A stretch of 64,000 nt of DNA from a virus (Duplodnaviria > Heunggongvirae > Uroviricota > Caudoviricetes): IMG/VR virus record IMGVR_UViG_2713896908_000007, one strand, 5' to 3'. This document shows positions 19,893 through 30,400 of the stretch, one piece after another (position 1 is the stretch's first letter; every line of letters starts with the position of its first letter). Below the pieces are notes generated by a model. That model was not told the origin of the DNA, did not search any database, and saw only the letters and a list, made by a program, of their open reading frames with translations. Made by a program: the position numbers and the translations under genes.

Positions 19893-20771
19893 GTGAAAAG
19901 AATTATTCCTGATAAAAAATGGTTAAAAGAAGAAAGCAGTAAGCGACAAGTGCCATCAGAATGTCCCTATGCAAATTCATATCGATGTCCTAGATATCAC
20001 GAAAGTGTTATTTTGTTCTCACAGATGCAAATGATTGATGGCATGTCATATAATAAAGAGAAGGAGTTGAAACAGTTCTGGGAGAGAACCGACCTCTCTT
20101 CTTTATGTAATGGAGAAACCCCGTTGGTCTCAAAAAATGATAAAGGCGGGATTTTCTCTATAGATAATTTCTGTCCAGAAATATCGTTTAGATATTTAGG
20201 TTACTATGCAGACTATATGCTGAGATACATTGATGAAGATGCTCACACTATAGGGTATGGCATAGCTAAAAGAGATCAGAAAGAAAATGATTGGAAGTAT
20301 GATTGGTCCGAGGTCAATGCTGTTTTCTATGAGGATTGTTACCTCTTTGAGAGAGTTAAACAATTCAATAAAGAACTTCATGATAGTTTCTTTAAAAGAC
20401 TACATCCGAATATTGTAATGCAAATAAGTAGAATGGATAAGTGTTTGGACTCAAATGACCCAACCGGTGTTTTGCATGCGGCATCTAATATTCTAGAAAC
20501 AATGGCTAAAGAAATATTAGATGATCCAAATGTATTAAATAAATCGTTTGGCTCTTTTTTTGAGAAGTTTAAAAAAGAGTCAAAGTTGCCGTTAGGGTTT
20601 ATTAATGCAGTTAAAGATATTTATGACTTACGTAATAAAATACCTACTGCTGGTCATGGGGGGGTGGGGATGCCTGGGTTATCTTTATCTGATGCCATAA
20701 TGATTGCTGCATCAACAAAGGCTATTGTAGAGATTGAGTACAGAAACATTGATGTGGCTGCTATTGATTGA
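19893..20771 (+). CDS. AT-rich hypothetical protein, possible abortive-infection-type protein (292 aa)
   Basis: Low-GC Lys-rich ORF with own upstream AT-rich region and AAGGAG; C-terminal DIYDLRNKIPTAGHGG resembles Abi/HEPN-type R..H motifs (weak). Confidence 0.55.
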   Translation: MKRIIPDKKWLKEESSKRQVPSECPYANSYRCPRYHESVILFSQMQMIDGMSYNKEKELKQFWERTDLSSLCNGETPLVSKNDKGGIFSIDNFCPEISFRYLGYYADYMLRYIDEDAHTIGYGIAKRDQKENDWKYDWSEVNAVFYEDCYLFERVKQFNKELHDSFFKRLHPNIVMQISRMDKCLDSNDPTGVLHAASNILETMAKEILDDPNVLNKSFGSFFEKFKKESKLPLGFINAVKDIYDLRNKIPTAGHGGVGMPGLSLSDAIMIAASTKAIVEIEYRNIDVAAID

Positions 20772-20811
20772 GCTAATATAGCGAGGTTCCTTTTTGTATC
20801 GTTCGAATTAT

Positions 20812-20829
20812 CCCCGCCTGTCGGCGGGG
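20812..20829. terminator. GC hairpin CCCCGCC-tgtc-GGCGGGG between convergent genes (no clear U-run)
   Basis: Perfect 7-bp stem; separates 292-aa gene from 260-aa gene. Confidence 0.35.
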
Positions 20830-20835
20830 TATAAC

Positions 20836-21618
20836 TTAATCACTTTCTACCTCTTCCGTTGAGTTTTCCAATGCTGCGCGACACAATTTCCTGGCATTGG
20901 TTATAGCCACACTTTTTACCTCATCCGTCATTGTACAGGTAATGTACTGATCGAGTTCTTCAGCTCGGATGATGCTTTTCCCAATCATAAACTCTATTTG
21001 CCAGAGCAGATCGGCATCCATCGTCAGTATTTCAGCCTGGCCTTCTGGGCCTGCGGGGAAGCAAACATAAGACTGTTTGCCCAGGCCGATAACTCGACAA
21101 CTTGCTTCAAGAATTGCACGCTTGAGGTCTGACTTTGTAACTGAAACAGGTTGATTTTCACCTGTGATTACGCCGTTGGCATGGACGTGGAAGGGCATGT
21201 AGCTTGAAATTCGCTCTACTTTCCATACGCCAGCAAGCGATCCTTCATGCAGCACAATGGGGGTAACCGCGAGTTTCATCTCACCATATAACTGCTGGCA
21301 GATAGCTGGATTGCTGAATACATCCAAAGGTTCACACTCAAACAGCGGTGCAATCTGCATGAGGTCCATCATGGTCATACCAGGGGTACGAGCAGTAATG
21401 AATCTGCGCATTCCAGTATCCATTGTGCGCCAGATAGCTACACCATGCTTTTTGCTCACTTCTTCAGTAAAGCCAAGGTGGCACATGATGGTTTTTTCGA
21501 TAGCCAGATCAGAGATAGAAACCTTTTCGCCTGGCACGCCATCATTATTGATGGTCACTTCGACACTCTGGCCATTACGTAGGCGGTATTGAATGGTTTT
21601 AGTATTTTGTGCTGTCAT
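20836..21618 (-). CDS. Hypothetical protein (260 aa)
   Basis: Long ORF with no recognised motif; lies in accessory island between ssb and gldA. Confidence 0.55.
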   Translation of the reverse strand: MTAQNTKTIQYRLRNGQSVEVTINNDGVPGEKVSISDLAIEKTIMCHLGFTEEVSKKHGVAIWRTMDTGMRRFITARTPGMTMMDLMQIAPLFECEPLDVFSNPAICQQLYGEMKLAVTPIVLHEGSLAGVWKVERISSYMPFHVHANGVITGENQPVSVTKSDLKRAILEASCRVIGLGKQSYVCFPAGPEGQAEILTMDADLLWQIEFMIGKSIIRAEELDQYITCTMTDEVKSVAITNARKLCRAALENSTEEVESD

Positions 21619-21815
21619 AGTCTTTTCTCTGCTTAAAAACTGATGTATTGCGCCTTCAGGTTGGTTAGGAATGTTTTCCCACCAGCGAAAGCAATATCTC
21701 GGGGTGTTCTATTCGTTAAAATCGCGTGCCATTGCCAACTTTGGCGTTTTTTAGCGAGTTCGTGCTTTTGTTGGCGCCTGGACCACCGCTTTTCTTTCAG
21801 TCGTTTTTTACACAT

Positions 21816-22304
21816 TCAAAACGGAATATCGTCGTCAAAGTCCATTGGAGGTTCGTTATTGGCATTGCTCTGAGGTTTACCGCCACCGCTGTATTGCTGG
21901 TGGTTTTGAGGTTGGTTCGATTGCCCCCAGCCATTTGAGGACTGCGAATCGTCACGGCGAGTGCCAATCATTTGCATGGTGCCACCCTGGCTGACGATAA
22001 TTTCCGTCGTATAACGTTCTACACCGACGTCATCTGTCCACTTACGGGTTTTAAGTTTCCCTTCGATGTAGACCTGAGAACCTTTTCGTAAATACTCACT
22101 CGCAATTTCAGCAAGTTTTCCGAACAAAACGACTTTATGCCATTCTGTTTGCTCTTTCTGTTGGCCCGTTTGCTTGTCGCGCCATGATTCATTCGTTGCG
22201 ATGCTGAGTCTTCCGACTGCGCCGCCATTTGGTATATATCTGATCTCCGGGTCTTGTCCCAGGGTACCAATCAGGATGACTTTGTTTACACCGCGTTGTG
22301 CCAC
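21816..22304 (-). CDS. ssb: Single-stranded DNA-binding protein (162 aa, GTG start)
   Basis: OB-fold SSB N-terminus, Gly/Gln-rich linker and acidic tail DFDDDIPF. Confidence 0.95.
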   Translation of the reverse strand: MAQRGVNKVILIGTLGQDPEIRYIPNGGAVGRLSIATNESWRDKQTGQQKEQTEWHKVVLFGKLAEIASEYLRKGSQVYIEGKLKTRKWTDDVGVERYTTEIIVSQGGTMQMIGTRRDDSQSSNGWGQSNQPQNHQQYSGGGKPQSNANNEPPMDFDDDIPF

Positions 22305-22323
22305 TTATCTTACCTAATAAAAT

Positions 22324-22340
22324 AAATTAATTAGAGCAAT
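22324..22340 (-). promoter_or_regulatory. C1 operator-like site (16/17 match to ATTGCTCTAATAAATTT)
   Basis: AAATTAATTAGAGCAAT about 20 bp upstream of ssb start, in ssb/lyz divergent region. Confidence 0.7.
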
Positions 22341-22367
22341 AATGTATATCTTTGAAACGTAGCTAAC

Positions 22368-22385
22368 AAGTGATTTGCATTATCC
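22368..22385 (+). promoter_or_regulatory. Candidate late-promoter motif (AAGTGATTTGCATTATCC) upstream of lyz
   Basis: Resembles the motif upstream of lydA. Confidence 0.3.
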
Positions 22386-22472
22386 TGTGCCTTCTAAAGG
22401 GATCGAGTCAGTCGGTATTGGCTGTGAATGGGTGTTTGTCCTGGAGCGTAAAATTTCGCTTATGAGGTCTTT

Positions 22473-23030
22473 ATGAAGGGAAAAACAGCCGCAGGAGGCG
22501 GTGCAATTTGCGCTATCGCGGTGATGATTACCATCGTGATGGGTAATGGCAATGTGCGAACCAACCAGGCGGGGCTTGAGCTGATTGGTAACGCTGAAGG
22601 TTGCCGACGTGATCCATACATGTGCCCGGCAGGGGTATGGACTGACGGGATCGGTAATACACACGGGGTAACGCCGGGTGTGCGAAAAACAGACCAGCAA
22701 ATCGCCGCTGATTGGGAAAAGAATATCCTGATCGCTGAACGCTGTATTAATCAGCACTTCCGGGGCAAAGACATGCCCGATAATGCCTTCAGTGCAATGA
22801 CAAGCGCGGCATTCAATATGGGATGCAATAGCTTACGGACCTACTACAGCAAAGCGCGAGGCATGCGAGTAGAAACATCCATCCACAAGTGGGCGCAGAA
22901 AGGGGAATGGGTGAATATGTGTAACCATCTCCCTGATTTCGTGAACAGTAACGGCGTGCCCTTGCGAGGTTTAAAGATTCGCCGTGAAAAAGAACGCCAG
23001 CTTTGCCTGACTGGGCTGGTCAATGAATAA
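22473..23030 (+). CDS. lyz: SAR endolysin, T4-lysozyme family (185 aa)
   Basis: N-terminal signal-arrest-release segment GGGAICAIAVMITIVMG followed by lysozyme domain; GAGG 5 nt upstream. Confidence 0.9.
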   Translation: MKGKTAAGGGAICAIAVMITIVMGNGNVRTNQAGLELIGNAEGCRRDPYMCPAGVWTDGIGNTHGVTPGVRKTDQQIAADWEKNILIAERCINQHFRGKDMPDNAFSAMTSAAFNMGCNSLRTYYSKARGMRVETSIHKWAQKGEWVNMCNHLPDFVNSNGVPLRGLKIRREKERQLCLTGLVNE

Positions 23031-23277
23031 ACTCCGGCAGCTCCGCCGACTTTCGACAATGAAGTTATCGCTGGCGGCGATAGTTTTTGACTCGATTTTC
23101 ATGGCGGTATATGTGCTCAATGAGACGTGGCCACTGGAACCGCTATTATATGCCGGGCTTCGGCTGTGCCTGACATTTTTGAGCATGGCTGCAAGATTGA
23201 TGCAGCAGAAAGAAACCGCTTCAGATTGTCCACGCCGTGCGGTGCGCAAATATATGGCACGCAGGCGAAAGCGATAA
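23023..23277 (+). CDS. Small membrane protein with basic C-terminus (84 aa)
   Basis: ATG overlaps lyz 3' end (ATGAATAA); one predicted TM helix LSLAAIVFDSIFMAVYVL; C-terminus RKYMARRRKR. Confidence 0.5.
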   Translation: MNKLRQLRRLSTMKLSLAAIVFDSIFMAVYVLNETWPLEPLLYAGLRLCLTFLSMAARLMQQKETASDCPRRAVRKYMARRRKR

Positions 23278-23288
23278 TAGTTAACGAG

Positions 23289-23316
23289 AACCCCGGCAGC
23301 CGCCGGGGTTATTTTT
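23289..23316 (+). terminator. Rho-independent terminator (AACCCCGGC-agc-GCCGGGGTT + ATTTTT)
   Basis: 9-bp GC stem then T-run; between lyz operon and convergent pro gene. Confidence 0.7.
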
Positions 23317-23321
23317 GGTGG

Positions 23322-24341
23322 TTATTTAAATGGATTGATTGAATTATTAAACGTGATGATGCTTGTCTCACACGGTGCCTGGACGTTAGCCGCTTGCGGA
23401 ACCTCCTTAATTTTCTTGGTGACAGGCAAGTTGCGTGCTCCAACTTTGATCAGAGATTCGAAAAGTGTGGCAACGATTTTTGCATCACCAGGTTCTTTGA
23501 GGCGGAATGCGTCTTTTTGGGCGGCGGAGACGAAGATTGGGAGGTTATCCAGTTCGTCTTGCATCGCTGCCAGCACATCATCGCGGATACCCGCTGTTTC
23601 CTCCAGCAAAGCGATTCGCGCTTCAGCATCTGCGATCTTGGCCATTGCTTCGAGGTGGCGGCCCTGGCTTTCGAGTAGTGCAGTTTCCAGTTCTGCCGTA
23701 CGCTCTGTCGCCTCCACCATCATTTCCAGTTCAGCCATTTTGCCGTAATGGGATATAACGGCCTGCACTGACTCGTCGGAGTACCCATGCGCCGCCAGGG
23801 ACTCTGCCAGTAAGGATTTAGAATCCGCGCTTTCAAACATTCCGGCGCTGGCAGGATGATCCAGGCTGATATAGTTCGGCGTTGTCACATAATCCACACC
23901 ATGGAAGCTGGTGGTTACAGCGATTTTCCCGGACTCACGCCCGCCAGTGGCCCAGCTCCAGCCACCAGCTCGGCTTTCGATCATCGCGGCGACAATTTTA
24001 CCCGGCTCTGTGTTAAGAATTTCCTGTGTATGGGTAACGATTCCGTTGTCGTCAACAGATATAGCCACTGTGCGGCACGCTGGAACATTGTCGATTACGA
24101 CCGGGCGACCTTCCACCATGATCACGCTGGTTTCTGGTACTTCCAGTTTGCCGGTCAGCTGTCGGCGACCGTGACCGTAATAGCCGAAAAGCTCACCAAG
24201 GCGTAAACCTTCCTGAGTTTCCTTGCTTTCAAGCATGGTCTTAACCGCGCTTAATACATACTGTCGCCCGTTCTGGCGACCTTTTCGAGCATTGCTATAG
24301 AGACAAAAGCGGTCAGTGACCGTTTTCAAAACATCAGTCAT
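23322..24341 (-). CDS. Putative prohead protease/scaffold (Pro-like, 339 aa)
   Basis: GGAGGG 7 nt upstream; C-terminal coiled coil; assigned by position next to portal-like gene. Confidence 0.55.
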   Translation of the reverse strand: MTDVLKTVTDRFCLYSNARKGRQNGRQYVLSAVKTMLESKETQEGLRLGELFGYYGHGRRQLTGKLEVPETSVIMVEGRPVVIDNVPACRTVAISVDDNGIVTHTQEILNTEPGKIVAAMIESRAGGWSWATGGRESGKIAVTTSFHGVDYVTTPNYISLDHPASAGMFESADSKSLLAESLAAHGYSDESVQAVISHYGKMAELEMMVEATERTAELETALLESQGRHLEAMAKIADAEARIALLEETAGIRDDVLAAMQDELDNLPIFVSAAQKDAFRLKEPGDAKIVATLFESLIKVGARNLPVTKKIKEVPQAANVQAPCETSIITFNNSINPFK

Positions 24342-24399
24342 TATATTGCCCTCCAGCTACCTTACCTAATGTCTGTTGGTATATTGGCTTTGATAACAT

Positions 24400-25616
24400 T
24401 TTCGTCCGTGTATTCATTTATATACTCATTAGTTTCAATGTATTATATAGAACATGAAGCGTGCCTATAAATATCGATTCTATCCAACTCCCGAACAAAC
24501 CGAGCTATTAGCCCGGACTTTTGGGTGTGTGCGTTTTGTCTATAACAGCCTCCTTCGCTGGCGTACCGATGCATACTACGCACGCCATGAGAGGGTCGGC
24601 TATGCACAAGCCAGCGCCAAATTAACGGCACTGAAAAAAGAACCAGAATTCGCTTGGCTGAATGACGTTTCCTGCGTCCCCCTCCAGCAGTCTCTGCGCC
24701 ACCAACAAACGGCTTTTGCTAACTTTTTCGCCGGGCGTGCTGCATACCCAGTTTTTAAGAGCAAGCGGCATAAACAGGCCGCAGAACTAACTGCCAGCGC
24801 ATTTAAATACCGTGACGGCAAGCTGTACATGGCAAAGAGCAAAGAGCCGTTAGATGTTCGCTGGAGCCGTCCGTTGCCGTCTGCTCCATCCACTGTCACT
24901 ATCACCAGGGATGCTGCCGGACGATATTTTGTATCCTGTCTCTGCGAGTTTGAGCCTGTATCACTGCCGATCACCGTTTCCACGGTCGGCATTGATATTG
25001 GTTTAAAAGATTTGTTCGTCACCGATACCGGTTTCAAAACTGGCAATCCTCGACACAACGCTAAATACGCGAAGCGATTAGCAGTGTTACAGCGCAGATT
25101 GAGCAAGAAACAAAAAGGCTCAAAGAACCGCGCCAAAGCACGTTTAAAGGTTGCCCGCCTCCACGCGAGAATAGTCGATTGTCGGATGGATAACCTGCAT
25201 AAGTTGTCCCGCAAACTGATTAACGAAAACCAAGTTGTTTGCGTCGAATCCCTTAAAGTGAAAAACATGATCCGTAACCCGAAGCTGTCTAAAGCAATAG
25301 CTGACGCAGGCTGGAGCGAACTTGTACGCCAACTCCAGTACAAAGGAGAATGGGGTGGACGTAGCATTGTCGCTATCGACCAGTATTTCCCTTCTTCCAA
25401 ACGTTGCAGCAGTTGCGGCTTCACCATGCAAAAAATGCCTCTTAATATTCGTAAATGGCACTGCCCGGAATGTGGCGCAGAGCATGATCGTGATATTAAC
25501 GCGGCCCGTAATATAAAAGCTGCCGGGCTGGCAGTGTTAGCCCTTGGAGAGTCTGTAATTCCTAAGCCGCTTCATGTGGTTTAGGTCGGACTCTGTGAAT
25601 TGGGAATGTTTGCCGT
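24400..25616 (+). mobile_element. TnpB-only IS200/IS605-family insertion between pro and prt (ends not defined)
   Basis: tnpB ORF fills the pro-prt intergenic space; no terminal hairpins recognised. Confidence 0.4.
24454..25584 (+). CDS. tnpB: TnpB (IS200/IS605 OrfB, RuvC-like RNA-guided nuclease family, 376 aa)
   Basis: N-terminus MKRAYKYRFYPT; RuvC-like motifs IGIDIGL, VCVESL, HDRDINAARNI; CxxC..CxxC zinc finger. Confidence 0.9.
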   Translation: MKRAYKYRFYPTPEQTELLARTFGCVRFVYNSLLRWRTDAYYARHERVGYAQASAKLTALKKEPEFAWLNDVSCVPLQQSLRHQQTAFANFFAGRAAYPVFKSKRHKQAAELTASAFKYRDGKLYMAKSKEPLDVRWSRPLPSAPSTVTITRDAAGRYFVSCLCEFEPVSLPITVSTVGIDIGLKDLFVTDTGFKTGNPRHNAKYAKRLAVLQRRLSKKQKGSKNRAKARLKVARLHARIVDCRMDNLHKLSRKLINENQVVCVESLKVKNMIRNPKLSKAIADAGWSELVRQLQYKGEWGGRSIVAIDQYFPSSKRCSSCGFTMQKMPLNIRKWHCPECGAEHDRDINAARNIKAAGLAVLALGESVIPKPLHVV

Positions 25617-27347
<1,731 letters not shown>

Positions 27348-27384
27348 TTAATTAGAATAATTCGCATCGTGTTTTAACGGAATT

Positions 27385-27410
27385 TAACACTAGTCACTTG
27401 TTAAGGATTA
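27385..27410 (+). promoter_or_regulatory. Candidate late-promoter motif (ACACTAGTCACTTGTTAAGGATTACC) upstream of darB
   Basis: AGTCACTT core shared with pacA and tail-fibre upstream regions. Confidence 0.3.
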
Positions 27411-27413
27411 CCA

Positions 27414-30400
27414 ATGAACAAGCTATCTATGGGGGTGTTTCGCTGTTCAAGCGTCAGCGAAATATTGAAATATATTAGGGCAATAACATCTCACCGAGCG
27501 CCGATTAAATACGGCGTGGAAAAGGTGGAAGGCAAAAGCTATGACCGACTGCGCCGGGAGGCGAATCAGAAGGCGATAGATTTGCTTAATTCGCTGGTGG
27601 ACGGCGCGACACTGACAGATGAACAGCGCCAGATCCTGGCTGGGTACACCGGTGAAGGCGGCATTGGCGGGTCCGTCTCCGAATATTACACACCAAAGCC
27701 GATCGCTGAAGGTGTCTGGGAGATCATGAAGCTCTACGGCGCGGACGTAGGTAACACTCTGGAACCATCGGCGGGAACCGGCGTTTTTAATGAGACAAAA
27801 CCGGTTGGTACGGTGATGACCGCGACTGAGATCAGCAGTGTTTCCGGTCGTATAAACCAGTTGTTACACCCGGAAGACAGCGTACAGATTTCCCCGTTCG
27901 AACAGCTGGCTATAAGCACGCCTAACGATTCATTCGACCATGTTGTGGGTAACGTTCCGTTCGGCGGTCGTGATAACACACGCAACATCGATAAGCCTTA
28001 CGCAGAAGAAACGGACATGGGTTCTTACTTCATGCTCCGCATGCTGGACAAGATAAAGCCAGGCGGATTCATGTGCGTGATTGTGCCGCCGTCCATTGTT
28101 TCAGGTTCAAACATGAAGCGGTTACGCCTGCGCCTATCACGGAAAGCTGAATTTCTTGGTGCCCACCGCTTGCCTACCGGTACTTTTGACGCAAACGGGA
28201 CCAGTACAGTCGTTGATGTGGTGCTGATGCGCAAACATCCGGCAGAGATGGCTGAGAAAATCCCCCAGGTGGATGAAAGCACTCTTGAATCGGCAAATGT
28301 GCTTTGGCCAACGTTTATTTCAGGCAAGTGGTTTGAAAAGGACGGACGCCGGTTTGTTCATGGTGCCCAGGAAAAGGGCTTCCAGGGGCGTATTGAGGTT
28401 CGTGCCGACGGGCAGATTGATAACCAGGCTCTTAAAACGAAGCTGATTCATCGTTTCGAAAGTCGTATCGACTGGTCTTTGCTCGATATGGCTGAACCGT
28501 CACCGACCGCAGATGTTGTTGATGAAGGGGAAATGCGCCTGATTAATGGCGTATGGCAAAAATATGCTGGTGGTCGCTGGATTGAAGCTGATGCTGGTAA
28601 GGAGCTTAAGATTGATGCTGCCAGTTATGGCGCGGATAGCTGGGAGGCTCTTCAGCGTAACCTGACTACAACAGAAGGCCGTCTCGGTATGACATTTACC
28701 CAGATGGCAAATGTCCGCGATAAGTACACCACATCAATCAGCGACGATATGGTGCAGCTGGTGGACTGGATTAACAGCCAGCCTGAAAAATACCGTGAAC
28801 GCTTGTATCGCGGGGCGATGATTGGCCGGATGTTAATTGAATATCAGGACATGAAGGCCGCCGGGCATAGTGCTGAACAAATCGAACAGCAGCGCCTTTC
28901 TCTGGTATCCCGTTTGCAGGCAGAGATTGATCGCTTTGGTAATCCTGGTCGCGGTCCTATAGCGAAATTGTCGGGGAGCGGTGCGCGCGCCTGGTTTGCT
29001 TTCCGTGGTGCGATTAAGCTGGATGGCACTATTTCTGACGAGCTGACAGGAAAGCTGGTTACGCATGATTCCAGCGCCAGTTATGACTCCACCAGCTATC
29101 AGGACACCCTGCGTTATCTCTATAGCGATCTTACCCGCGATCCAATCCAGCTCGATGATTTCCGCCTTGCGTTTACCGGCGAACTGCCAGCCAGTGATGA
29201 AGAGTTGCTTAATTTATTGGCCAGCACCCCTGGTATTGCGGTTTCACCGTATGGCGGGATTGTTCCGTTCGCCCGCGCCACCAGCGGCGACATTAACGAG
29301 ATAGTGGCTCCAAAACAGGAATTTCTTGCCACACTCCCCGACGGTCCAGTAAAGAACAACGTCCTTAATCAGCTGGCAGCGATCGAAGAGAAGCGCATCA
29401 AGACGCCAGCAGAGAATATCCGGTTTAAGCTCAATAGCCGTTGGTTTGACCGTTCCGTCATTCTGGAATTTTTGCAGGAAAACGGCTATCCGGATCTGCG
29501 CTATGTGCAGTCAGTGCAGCTGGAAGGCGACGAAATGGTTTCTGACACCTATCACGGTGGTGATGGTCTGTTCGTCGGGCACCGATACGGTGTCGTCCAG
29601 CGCAAGGATAAAGAAACAGGCGAGATCCGCTACGAGTGGGACCGTAAATCAGGTGAAAACGCGACCGGGTTCCCGGCACAGCTGGAAAAGTATCTCAATG
29701 GTGCGCGTATCGGTGGCAAAGATAGCGCGACGGCGAACGGCTACCGCGAGCAGATGGCACTGCTTGAGGACCAGTTCAATAAGTGGATCAAGACGCACGA
29801 TCGCTACGATGAACTGGTTGCCAAATACAACGATGTGTTCAATAGCAATATCCCGTATGAACACTCTGGCGATCCGCTTGGGTTGAAGGGATTAAGCGGT
29901 AAGCGCCAGCCATTTGATTACCAGAATAGCGAGGTGCGCCGACTGTCCGAAGATGGGCGCGGCATCTTGGGCTTCGGCACCGGGCTGGGTAAAACCACGA
30001 CCGCGCTGGCGCTTGAGGCGTTCAACTATGAGAACGGTCGCTCCACCCGTACTGCTTATGTAGTGCCTAAATCAGTGCTGGAAAACTGGTATTACGAAGC
30101 AAAAGAGTTCCTGAGTGAAGAGGCATTCAGTAACTACCTGTTCGTTGGTCTTGATGTGCTGATGGATGGCGATCAGATTCGCCAGGTGCCGGTGCTCGAC
30201 GAGAACGGTAAACCTGTCCTTGGCGCTGATGGCGCTCCCGTTATGCGCGATGCTCTTAAACTGGCAGATGAAGCCACTATCACAGCAAGGATGAACGCGA
30301 TTCCGCACTCAAATTACCGTGCAGTCGTGTTTACCAAAGAACAATACGCCCGCATTCCGCTACGTGATGACACCGTAGATGAGCATGCACAAGACATGCT

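Noticed and set aside
21633-21815. Very basic 60-aa ORF directly after ssb stop (TGAATG)
   Set aside because: No SD, low complexity Lys/Arg-rich sequence, overlapped by other frame ORFs; cannot distinguish from chance.
28566-28573. Chi sequence GCTGGTGG (also at 55717..55724)
   Set aside because: Two or three octamer hits in 64 kb of both strands is about chance expectation; the second is simply one arm of the terminator hairpin.
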